A stretch of DNA of 64,000 nt, from contig OY843584.1 of NCBI GenBank assembly GCA_963692915.1, forward strand, positions 1,056,001 through 1,120,000. The letters run 5' to 3'. The notes under the pieces are model-generated. The model saw only the letters and a program-made list of their open reading frames with translations, was not told the DNA's origin and did not search any database. Both the position numbers and the translations under genes were made by a program. Shown piece after piece: positions 39,001 through 51,000 of the stretch. The DNA comes from Cenarchaeum sp. Lineage in GTDB: Archaea > Thermoproteota > Nitrososphaeria > Nitrososphaerales > Nitrosopumilaceae. Each line of letters begins with the position of its first letter. Position 1 is the stretch's first letter.

Positions 39001-42000
39001 CGGCCAGTGCCGTGCCCGCGCGCGAGGCCGACAGCGTGAGGACGATCTCGTCAACCGAGGACGGCGAGGAGGGCGTGACCGCGCTGACTGTAGAGCCGGC
39101 GACTGTCCACTCGGCAGGCGCCGTCGTGCCGTCGACATCCTCGGTGAACGTGATCGTCACGGTGGTCGCAGACGTGAGGCTTGCGCTGAACGTCGGCGGA
39201 GTCGTGTCCGCCGGCGCCGTGTACGTCGCGCTCGCCGTGGCGCCCGTGGCAAACGCGTTGCCGGCGAGGTCGGCCAGGCCCGCCGGCAGCGTGACTGTGT
39301 GCTCGACCGCGTCCGCGTCGGCGGCCAGCGTGAGCGTGATCGTGCGGGCCGTGGCGTCATAGTCGACGGGCTTTACCGGCGGGCGGGCCGCAGGATCCGC
39401 CGTGGCCAGCAGGACGTCCTCGGCGACGCCGTCCGAGTCGGTGTCCGGCACCGTCACGCCGAACGTGTAGCCCTCCACCTGCGCCTGCGTGTTGAGGAGC
39501 GCCTCGCCTGCCGTGATGACGAGCGTCCTGGCCGCCGTGAACCCCGCAGTCGCCGTCGGCGCAGTCAGGTCTATGGTCGGCACGGTGACGGTGACTCCCG
39601 CGCCCAGGCCGGCGTCCTGCGTGATGGGCTCCGAGTTGTTCGCCGCGTCGGCGGCCATGATCGTGAACGCATAGGCCGCCTCAGTCCAGGAGGACGTCAC
39701 GAGCAGGTCGTGGCGCCACGTCGTGGCCAGCGTGTCGCCGTTGTTGTCCATCGCGGTCCCCGCCGCCGTCCGGCCGTCCACCTCTATCGTCGGCGTGCCG
39801 GCGGCGTCCTCGTTGAGCGTCAGTATCAGGCGGATCGTGTCCCCGTCGCTTGCGCGCAGCGCGCTGTCGCCGGACTTTAGCGTGTCGGCGCCCGGCGCGC
39901 CGTCGTGCACCTCGAATAGTATCGAGCTTGCGACCGGCTCAGACGTGTCCGGCGCCGTGTACGTCGCAGTGTCAGACTCTGTGGAGAGAACCCTGTTTGC
40001 CGTCGGCGTGACTATGTCGTCGATCATGTCTGCTGCGTTGATCGTGTACTCTGTGCCGGGCACCACGTCGGACACCGTGAGCGTGTACGTGGGGGAGGCA
40101 AACCCGACATTGCTCACCGTGAGGCTGGCAGAGCCGACCACCACGGACCATCCCTCCGGCCCTGTCGTCAGGTCACTCGTCACGGCCTCGCTAAAGGTCA
40201 CCGATATCTTGTCGGCCGCCGTGAACGTGGCGCTCATTATCTCCGGCCTTAGGGCGTCAGTCGCAGCCACTGTGGCCGCAGACGTCGCGGAGTCAAGCGC
40301 TATGGCGTTGCGGGCAGCGTCGACTATGTCCGTGCCCGTGTACTCTACTGTCGGCGCAAATGACGTGTCGGCGATCGTCGCGTAAGTGAGCGTCACCGTG
40401 CTGCCCGAAACGTCGACGCCGGAGATCATAGCCTCCGTCGCGCCGTCCTCTGCAGACCACTCGGTGGCGACGCCGGCTCCCGTGACTGCCTCTGAGAGCG
40501 TGACAGTCAGCATGCCCGTCGTCGCCGTGGCCGCCGAGGAGAGCGTCGGCGCGTCCGAGTCGACTGTCACGTTCGTGCCCTCCAGGTCAGCCTGCGTGTA
40601 CGTCGCCTCGTTGCCCGCAGTGTCGCGTATCGTCAGGCTGAACGCGAGCGCACCGTCGGCATCCGAGGCGGCTATTGTGCGCACGTACGAGTACATGTTG
40701 CCCGCCGCAGTGTCCACCGAGTCGGCGGCAGTCGACGTCCCAAAGAGCGCAATGTCGCTGACTGCCGTGACTAGCGTCTCGCCGGCCGCGACGTTGACGC
40801 GGATGTCGTCGTCGATTCCGGCCAGCGTGACAGTGGACGAGTCTGCCGTCGCGTCCTCGAGCCTCACGCTCGCAGTCACAGTCGCCGTCGGCGCGTCGCG
40901 GTCGATCGTCGGCGGCGTCGTCGCCGACAGGGTCGTCTCGTCCACAGGGCGCGTCTCGCCCGAGGCGGCCGTCACCGTCGCGTCAAACGTGAACGCGCCG
41001 TCGATGGAGCCTGCAGACTCTACGACATACGTCGCGCGCCACTCGTTGGTTCCTGTGACTTGGGTCATCGTGACTGCATCAGCAGCGTCCGTCTTGCCCA
41101 CAAAGAGCACGCTCACCGAGGTCGCCTCGCCGTCAAGCGTGATCGAGAGCCTGATCGTGTCGTCCTCGCGCGCGTGGGATGCGTACGGGTCAGGCCTCGC
41201 GTTGGCCGTGCTCCCGTCAAGGACCGTGTACGCCACGACAGTCGCCATCGGCGCGGGAGCCGCCGTGTACGTCGCCGTCGTCATGGCGCCGTCGCCTATC
41301 GCGTTGGCCGGCACGGCGAGGTCGGCGATGTCGTCGGCCAGGTTGATCGTGTACTCCGTGCCGGACGTGGCCGCCGAGACTGTGAGCTCGTACTCGTCGT
41401 CTGTGTGGTCCACGCCTGACACGGCCAGGCCGGTCACAGACCAGTCGCCTGATGCCGAGGAGAAGCCGGTCTCCTCGGTCACGTTCTCGCTGAACTCCAC
41501 GATGATCGTCGTGGCGCCGTCGAACTCGGCCTCAAACGTCGGCGTCGCCTTGTCGGTGACTGCCGTGGCCTCGACCATGCTGTTGACCGTCACAAACGCA
41601 TTGTCCGCCGTGTCGGCCAGCGCGCCCGTGCCGCGGGGGGCGTACGTGACGCCCGAGGCGGCCAGGCCGCCAAGGTCGGTGCTCGCGCGCGCGGCGGCGA
41701 GCGTGATGTAGAGCGTGTCTGTGGCCGTGGTGGTCTGCAGGTCGCCAGTCACGGCCGCCCCGTCCTCTGTCAGCGAGAGCGACGCGGGGGCAGAGCCGGC
41801 CACCTCCCACTCGCCAAACGCCGTCGTGCCCTCGACGTTCTCGGTAAAGGTGATCTTTACCGTGCTAGCCGACGTGAGCTCGGCGCTAAAGGTCGGCGCG
41901 TCAGAGTCGACCACGACGTTCGTGCCCGTCACGTCTGCCTGCGTGAGCGTCGTCTCGTTGCCTTCACTGTCGCTTATCGTCAGGGTAAACGCGAGTGGGC

Positions 42001-45000
42001 CGTTGGCGTCCGAGTCGGCTATCGTGCGCACGTACGAGTACGCGTTGCCCGCCGCAGTGTCCACCGAGTCGGCGTCAGTGGACGTCCCAAAGAGCGCAAT
42101 GTCGCCGACGGCCGTGACTAGCGGCTCGCTGGCCACGACGTTGACGCGGACGTCGTCGCCGATTCCGGCCGTTGTGACTGTCGCATGGTCAGCACCATCG
42201 CCCTCGAGCCTCACAGTCGCAGTCACCGTCGCCGTCGGGGCGATCTTGTCAGTAACGTGCTCTGCTGTCACCGTGTCGCCCGCATTGGTGGCGAGATGGT
42301 TGTCCGCGTCATCCTGGATCGTGTTGGTGCCCACCGTCGGGCGCGTGTACGTGACGCCCGAGGCGTCCAGGCCGCCGAGGTCGGTGCCCGCGCGCGCCGA
42401 GGCGAGAGTGAGGACGACCTCCGTGGCCCTGGAGGGCGATGCCGGCACAACCGAGTTGACAGTCGAGCCGGCCACTGCCCACTCGCCCTGCGCCGTCGTG
42501 CCGTCGACACGCTCGCTAAAGATGATCCTCACTGTGCTCGCCGAGGCCAGCTCGGCCTCAAACGTCGGCGGCGCGCCGTCGGCTGCCACCGCGTCGCCGA
42601 GCGTCACGGCGGTCCCGCCCTCGGTCAGGCCCGTCCCCCTGTACAAGACCGTCGGCGTCGCCGCCGTCGAGATCTGCGTGTGCGTGATGAGTATCTGCGT
42701 GACGGCGGGGTCTGCCCCGATCGTCACCGAGGCCACCGGCGCGCCGTGCGGCGTGCCGACCGTGTTCGACCTGACAGATTCGGCGGGGTCAGTCGTGACG
42801 GTCTCCACGACCAGCGCGACCAGGCGCGTCCCCACGCCACCGCTCTCCATGATGGACCAGTCGGCGACTGCGAGCGCGCCGCCCAGGTCGCCGCCGTCAA
42901 AGGTCACGATCGTCGTAGTCGCGCTGCGCGTCTCGGCTGCAAACGGCGGCACTACTGGCGCCGGCGTGACCGCCGCTCTCGTCGGCGAGGCCATCGCCAC
43001 GCCGGCCGCGTCGGCCAGCGCCAGGGCGCCGGAGGCCGTGTACGTCAGCGTCGGGCTGCCCTCCGGGATCGGGAACAGCGGCGTGAACGTCGAGGACGAC
43101 CTGATAATGACCCTGTCGGGCACTGGGTCGGCCGCGGCGGCGTGGGCGACCCTGTCGACTGCCGCTGTGGCCGTCCCGAGCGTCACGGCCCACTGCCCGT
43201 CCGCGCCGGCCGGCGTTGCCGCAAAGTCCGCCGCGTCCATCGCCTCGGACATGCGGGCCGCGTAGACGGCGTACAGCGCGCGGCCGTCGTCGTCCGTGAC
43301 GCCTACGAGGGCCTCCTCGGCCTCAGTCGCCTCATGGACCGTGAACGTCGGAGGCGCGCCGTCAGTCGCGTCTGCACCGCCGTCGGCGACGCTGGTGCCG
43401 CTGGCGCCGCCCTCCTTGAGGTCGCCGTCGGCATAGTCAACGCGCGGCGTGGCCGCCGTCGAGGAGAGCGCATTGTGCGTGATGAGGAGCTGCGTGGCCT
43501 CGGGGCTCGACGGGATCGTCGGCGTGGCCGCGTCGCCCGCGTCCGGCGCCGTCTCGGGCGTCGCAGTCACCGAGCCAGAGGCGGCCACCGTCGCCACGCT
43601 AGATATCACCAGCTCCGCGTCCATCGAGTCGGCAGTGTCATTGTCTGTGACCGTCCAGTCCGTCACGTCGAGCGTGCCGGCGAGCGCGCCGCCGTCAAAG
43701 GTCACGAGCGTCGTCGTGAGGCTCCTCGTGGCGGCCGTGAAGGGGTCTGCGACGGGCGCCGTGTACTCCACCGTCCTCTGCACGGGCGCAAACACGTTGC
43801 CGGCGAGGTCTTGGATCGCGGACGTCACATATATGATATAGCCCCCTTCCACCGAAGCGCCGACCTCGACAGTGACGGTCATGCCGCTCGCAGTCGCCAC
43901 GTACTCCACAAAGCCTCCAGACGGCGGCGTGACCAGCAGGCCGCCGCCGCCGATCGTGACGTCCTCGTCGAACGTGAGGACGATGTCATTGTCCACAAAC
44001 TCCGCGTCCTGGAGCGTCGGCTGCGTCTTGTCCACGACGGGCAGGTCGTCGGCCATGCTGCCGGTCGCAAAGCCCGACTCGGCCACCATGCCTGACGCCG
44101 TCGTTATCGTGCCGGTCACCGTGCCGTCGGTGACCGATATCGAGAGCGCCAGCGTGCCCTCGGGCGTCGCGGCCCCCACGGACAGGTCGTACGTCCACAT
44201 GGTGGTGTCCCCCTGGACGGCGTTCATTTGGACGTTCGAGACACCGGTCCCGGTGAGGACTGGCCTCGCGGTGATCGCCTCGTTGAGCGTGAGCAGGATG
44301 CGAACCGTGTCGGTGAGCCTTGCGTGAAGCTCGGAGGCGCCGGACTTTGTATGGCCGAAGGACGCGGGGCCGTTGAACACCGTGAAGGACATCGCAGTCG
44401 CCAGCGGAGGCGCGTCATAGGGCGCAGTTGCGGCCGCGCCGGCGTACGCGTTGCCGGCCCTGTCGGTGACGCCCGCCAGCGCCACAGAGTATGTCCCGCC
44501 CTCGGCGGGGAGTGCCGTGACGGTGACTGCCGCGCCGCTGGCGTCGGCGGCCCTCGGGCCGGCCATGCCTGGCGCCGGCGGCGTGAGCTGCAGCGTGGCC
44601 GGAGAGACGACGTTCTCGCTGAACGTGATGACAAGCGAGGCGCCCGAGAACGCCGCAGACACTAGCGTCGGCGCCGTGCGGTCAATGGTGGGCAGCGGCG
44701 CCGGCGCGGCGCCCACGTGGCCGGCCGTAGGCGTTATCGGCACGGACACGCCGTCGGCGTTGGCCGCAGTTATCTCAAAGTCCAGCTCTCCCTCGGTCGT
44801 CGTGGCCGACACGAGGAGGTCATAGCGCCACGTGCTCGCGTCGCCGTCTCCCCTGTCGTCCATCGAGGCTCCAGTCGTGCCGGCCACGTCTATGGTCGGC
44901 GTGTCCGAGACGTCCTCGTCGAGCGTTAGCAGGAGGCGGACAGTCTCGCCCATCCTTGCGTGCAGCGGATAGTCACCGGCCTTTAGCGTGTCGGCGCCGG

Positions 45001-48000
45001 GGGCCGACGTGTGAACCTCAAAGGAGATCGTCTCGGCCCTCGGCGGCACGTCATAGGCCGCCACATACGTGTCGCCTCCCACACGCGTGTTGTCGTCCAA
45101 GGAGTTGTCTGCCGCGTCTTCTATCTCGCTCAGGGTCAGGGCGTACGTGCCCTCGGCCACAGGCGCGGCCAGCGTGAACCTCAGGCCAGTGCCCGGCCCA
45201 TAGCCCTCGTCGGCGGGGTCAAAGAGGTCGCCCGCGTTGTCGACGCTGCCCGTGGTGACCGCCGTGCCGATCACGGTGCCGGCCACGCTGGAGACCGTTA
45301 GGCGCTCGCCGTCGGGCTGCACGACGGCCTCGCCAAAGAGGATCTCTACGATGTTCGACGCCGTGAAGCGGCCCACCGCCGGGACCGGCGGCACGCCGTC
45401 GGCCGCCTCGGTGCCGCCGTCGTCGACGTCAGAGCCGCCGGTGCCGCCCTCCTTGAGATCGCCGTCGGCATACGCGACGCGCGGCGTGGCCGCCGTCGAG
45501 GAGAGCGGCGCGTGCGTGATGAGGAGCTGCGTGGCCGCCGGACTCGACGGTATGGACGGCGTTACCGCATCATCGGCCCCTGCCGAGGTCTCCGGCGTCG
45601 CCACAGTCGCCGTCGCGACGCCGCCGGCCGCAGTCGCCACGCTCGATATAATCAGCTCCGCGTCGGCCGAGCCGGTGTCGTTGTCGGTGACCGTCCAGTC
45701 CGTCACGTCGAGCGTGCCGGCCAGCGCGCCGCCGTCAAAGGCCACTAGCGTCGTCGTCAGGCTCGCAGTGGCTGCCGTGAAGGGGCCAGGCTCCGTGTAC
45801 GTCGCGTCTGCCTCCGCGTCGGCGCCTATCGTGTTGGCCGTCGGCGTGGCCTTGTCCTTGATCGTGCCAGGCGCGCTTATCGTGTACTCTGTGCCGTCAG
45901 TCGCGCCAGAGACGGTGAGCGTGTACGTGTCGTCGTCGTCAAAGTCCACGTCAGACACCGAAAGGCCGCCGCTCGCCGACCAGCCCGCGGTAACCTCGGT
46001 CACGTCCTCGCTGAACTCCACGATGATCGTCGTGGCGCCGTCGAACATGGCGGTGAACGTCGGCGGCGCGCCATCCACTGCCACGGGCAGCGGGGCAGAC
46101 GTCCCGAGCAGCGGGTCAGCGCCGGCGGCGTCTGTCATCGAGGCGACGCCAGAGCGCACAAACTCGACAGTCGGCGTTGCGGCCGTCGAGGAGAGCGCGT
46201 CATGGAGGAGCGTGATGCTCGTCGGGGAGCCGGTGATCTGCGTCGTGGTCGCAGTCGCCACCGATGCGGCCTCGCCGGCGGCGATGCCGTCCACCGCAAC
46301 CCTAGTCGAGCCCTCAGTGAGCGTCCACTCGAGGCTCACGGCCGTCCCGCCGACTGTCTCGCTAAACGTGACGAGCGTCCTAGTCGCGTCTAGCGTCCTC
46401 GCTCCAGTCACATAGGGGCCGTCACTAAACGTCACGGCGCGCGAGACGGCGACTAGCGCGTTGCCGGCTCTGTCGAGGATGGTCGCCGGCAGCATTGCCG
46501 AGTAGGTGTCGCCATCGGAGGCCTGCGTGACTGCCAGCGAGAGGGAGCGCGAGGGCGGCACGTGCGTGACTGCCGCGTCGGCGACGTCTGCGTCAGTGTC
46601 TGGGTCATCGCCGTCCGGCGAGCTCACGCTAACCGTCGCTGGCGCTGCGGTGATCGGCTCGCCAAACTCGACGAGTATCGCCGACGCGCCGGCAAAGCGC
46701 GCGCCGGCTACGGCCGGAGCCGTCGTGTCGATGATGGCGTTGCCCGCCGCGCCCGTGATGGCCTCCTGCGTGGCAATGCCCGTCGTCATGACATCCTCGG
46801 CATCGCCGCTAATCGAGTTTGTCACGGACCTAGTGCGCACCGCTGACACCTCAAAGCCTGCTGGCCCCTCGGCGTCAGCCGCAGCTACCGTGTGCCGGGC
46901 GGTCCATGCCGTGCGCGCCGCAGGCGCGGGGCTGCCTGACGTGACCTCGTCCATGCCCGCAGCGACGCCACCAAGGAACGACGCCCTCGGGGAATGGTCG
47001 TCTCCGGCCTGCGCCGCAGTGTCCAGCACGACGCTGATCTCTATTGTGTCACCGGCCATCGCGTGCTGCGCGTGCGCGCCCGTGCGCGCCACGAGGTTCT
47101 CCACGTCGTCATTCGGCGAGGCCTCGCGCAGGACCCTGACGTCCATCGACGTGATGCCCAGGCTGACAGGCGGGCCGTCCAAAAGGTAGACCGCCATTGT
47201 CGCCAGGGTGTTGGGCACGGCGGCGTCATCTGCAGCAGACGTCGTGATCGTGATGGTGTATATCGTGTTGGCCATCGCCGCCGTGCCGACCTCGGCGCGA
47301 AGCCTAGTGCGCGTCTCGTCAAGCGTGACGTCACCGAGCGTGCCGAGTGCGGCGTCTATTCCCACCCAGCTGGCCGCCGGTGTCCCCATCGCCTCGCTGA
47401 ACGTGGCGAGTATTGCGCCGCCGCCGATCTCAAATGATGCGCTGCGCACAGTCGGCCTCACCGTGTCGGCTGCAGGCGTTGCGCTAAACGTCGCCAGCTC
47501 ATTGCCCGCAACGTCAAACAGTCGCGTGGCCGACGCCGTATAGGCGACAAGAACCCCGCCTCCCGTGTGCCCAAGCTCGTCGTGGCGCAGCGTGAATGAC
47601 AGCGGGAGCCCGGAGAGCGTGTACGAGTCAGCCTCGGCTCCCGAGGACGTGATGATCTTTGCGGGGTTGCCTGACGTCGCACCAGAGAGGCTCAAGTCAG
47701 TCCTGCTCACCGTTCCGGTGAGCGCCTCGTTGAACGTGAGCATGACATCAGACGTCGTAGTTGACTTTGCGGACACGAGGGTCGGGGCGACCCTGTCAGT
47801 TATGGGCCGTGTCGGTGCGGCGTATGAGGGCACATGGCCCGCAGAGCCCGTCACGACTGTCATGTTTGGCGTGGGCATTGCCTCATCAGACACGCTCATC
47901 ATGAACTCAAACGTACCGTCGGCAGGCTCGCCGGCTCCGGCGAGCACGAGATAGTCGACGGTCCAGCGCGTCTCGTCTCCGGCGGCCACGCGCGTCATTG

Positions 48001-51000
48001 TCACGGTGTTGGCGTCATCGGCCGTGGTGCCAGGATCGTCGGTCTTGCCGTCGAGAAGTATCGTCGGCGGCTCTACAGCATCCTGGTTGAGCGTGACTGT
48101 GAGGCGTATCGTGTCACCGGCGCGCGCATAGTTCGAGTACGGCGCTGCGCGCGCCGAGAGCGCCCCCATCGAGTCGGCCTCGAGGACAGTGTACGAGATC
48201 GCCGTCGCGAGCGGAACCATCGTGTCGACTGTCACGGTGCCCACGAGGTCAGCTGCGGGGCTGTTGGATGCCGGAGAGGCATCACCAATATCCGTGGTGG
48301 CCCTGAGCGTGTACTGCGCGTCAGCTGCGGCGAGCGGAAGCGTGAGCGCGACTATCTCGGGGGAGCCGGTGACCGGGGCCACGGTGACGCCGGCCACGGG
48401 CGTCGTCCTGCCAGTCGACGTCGTGTCACCGGCCTCTAGGTAGACTGTCGTGCCAGAGACCGTGGAGGCGTCAAGTGCCTCGCTGAACGTGGCGTGTATC
48501 GTTCGCGTCGGCAGTTGCTGAAGCACGGACACGAGCGTCGGCGGCACGCTGTCGGCTACCATGACTGGGCTCTGCGGCGTGATTGCCGCAAGCTCGCGGT
48601 CGATCCTGTCAATCACGCGTCCGGCCGCAGAGGTGCCCAGGGCGTACTCTAGTGTCGGCGTTGCGCCAGTCGGGAGCGGCGCGTGCGACATTGTCATCAC
48701 TGTGCCCGATATGGAGACAGAGCCTGTCGCCGCCTGCGCACCGGCATTCTTTATGGCCCAGTGGCCTGCGCGCTCGGCGGCGGTCCCGCCGTTAAACCTC
48801 ACTATCTCGTTGAATTCCACCGTTGTCGTAGTCGTCGACGTCATTGTGGCCGAGACGACTGTTGGGGGGTTGTGGTCCACTATTGGCCACAGTGCGGCAA
48901 AGCGCGCCTCATTAATGTCATTATTCCCACTGTCGTTGACACATGCGTGAGCTCGCGTGTTTGCGTCCCTGGTGCAGTCGGCGCCTCGCGTGAACGTTGC
49001 CTCGTTGCCCACCGGAATGTCAACCGTTGTAAACACTGGCACTAGCTGGCCCTCCGGGATGCCCGTGGTCACAGTCAGCGTGTGTGTCCAGTTGTCGTTA
49101 GCAGCATCATAGGAAAGTGGACGTGATGTGTCATCATCAAAGTATTTGACCTTCGCAGACGCTATGGCGTATGGCGGATCAGCGCACTGTGGCTCTGGTA
49201 GACGGCAATCCGGATCATCTGGGCCATTTGGCGTGTATGACGGTATCTCCGGCCGCACTGTTACGGTGTCTCCGGCCTTTACGAGCAGTGTGCCATAACC
49301 CACTGACGGGTCTGCGGCCGGAAGGCGCGCCCTGCTCACGTCAAGATTGACGGTGTATGCCTCCGGCCCAGCCCTGTCTAGCATGCGCTCATTGGGCACA
49401 ACTAGCCTCTCTGCGCCCACCCGCAGCGCATTGCCGGCCACGTCAGTCAGCGCAGTGTCCGTGTACTGGAGGGTGGCGCCATGGTCTCGTTCGCGCTTGC
49501 CCTCATAGTAGCCGATCTGCGTGGAGGAGAGCAGGGCGTGTACAATGACAATCTCACTTGACGGGGATGATGGTGGTATAGAGAGCGTCAGCGCGGCGGG
49601 TTTATCAGGCAGTGAGAGTCCCTGGACACTTGGAAAAGTGCTGGACGAGGACTCCTCGTCACGGATAATCCACGAGTTGAGTCTCGTCGAGCCCGCCATG
49701 GGCTCGCTAAACTGCACGAGCATCGAGGTCGGGCCCGTTATGTGGACCACGCCGATGACCGGCCGCACCCTGTCAGTCGCCTCGGTGCCGCCGTCGTCGA
49801 CGTCAGAGCCGCCGGTGCCGCCCTCCTTGAGATCGCCGTCGGCATACGCGACGCGCGGCGTAGCGCCAGTCGAGGAGAGCGCGCCGTGCGTGATGAGCAG
49901 GCGCGTGGCAGTCGAGGCGTCCGGTATGGCAATCGGGGAGCCCGCCGTGGCCGCAGTAGCCGTCGCGACGCCGCCGGCCGAGGCAGTCGCCACTCTCGAT
50001 GGCGTGAGCACCACGTCAGCCGAGCCGGTGTCGTTGTCGGTGACCGTCCAGTCCGTCACGTCGAGCGTGCCGGCGAGCGTGCCGCCGTGAAAGGTCACGA
50101 GCGTCGTCGTGAGGCTCCTCGTGGCGGCCTCGAATGTGGCAGGCGCCGCGTACGTCGCGCTCGCCGTGGCGCCCGTGGCAAACGCGTTGCCGGCGAGGTC
50201 GGCCAGGCCCGCCGGCAGCGTGACGGTGTGCTCGACCTCGGCCGCGTCGGCGGCGAGCGTGAGGGTGATCGTGCGGGCCGTCGCGTCATAGGCGACGGGC
50301 TTCACCGGCGGGCTGGCGCTCGGGTTCGCCGTGGCCAGCGGGACGGCGTCGGGGCTGCCGTCCGAGTCGGCGTCTGGCACCGTCACGCCGAACGTATAGC
50401 CCTCCACCTGCGCCTGCGTGTTGAGGAGCGCCTCGCCTGCCGTGATGACGAGCGTCCTGGCCGCCGTGAACTCCGCAGTCGCCGTCGGCGCAGTCAGGTC
50501 TATGGTCGGCACGGTGACGGTGACTCCGGTGTCCAGGCCGGCGGCCTGCATGATGGGCGACGTGTTGCCCGCCGCGTCAGCCGCCGCGATCGTGAACGTA
50601 TATGCCGCCTCAGTCCAGGAGGACATCACGAGCAGGTCGTGGTGCCACGTCGTGGCCAGCGCGTCGCCGTTGTCGCCCATCGCGGTTCCCGCCGCCGTCC
50701 GGCCGGGCACCTCTATCGTCGGCGTGCCGGCGGCGTTCTCGTTGAGCGTCAGTATCAGGCGGATCGTGTCCCCGTTGCTTGCGCTCAGCGCGCTGTCACC
50801 GGTCTTTAGCGTGGCGGGAGCCGGCGTGCCGTCGTACACCTCGAAGGCTATCGAGCTTGCGACCGGCGCAGTCATGTCCGGCGCCGTGTACGTCGCGTCT
50901 GCCTCATCGCCGGCCACTATCGTGTTGGGCGTCGCGGCCTCGTCCATGATCGTGCCGGGCGCGCTTATCGTGTACTCTGTGCCGTCAGTCGCGCCGGAGA

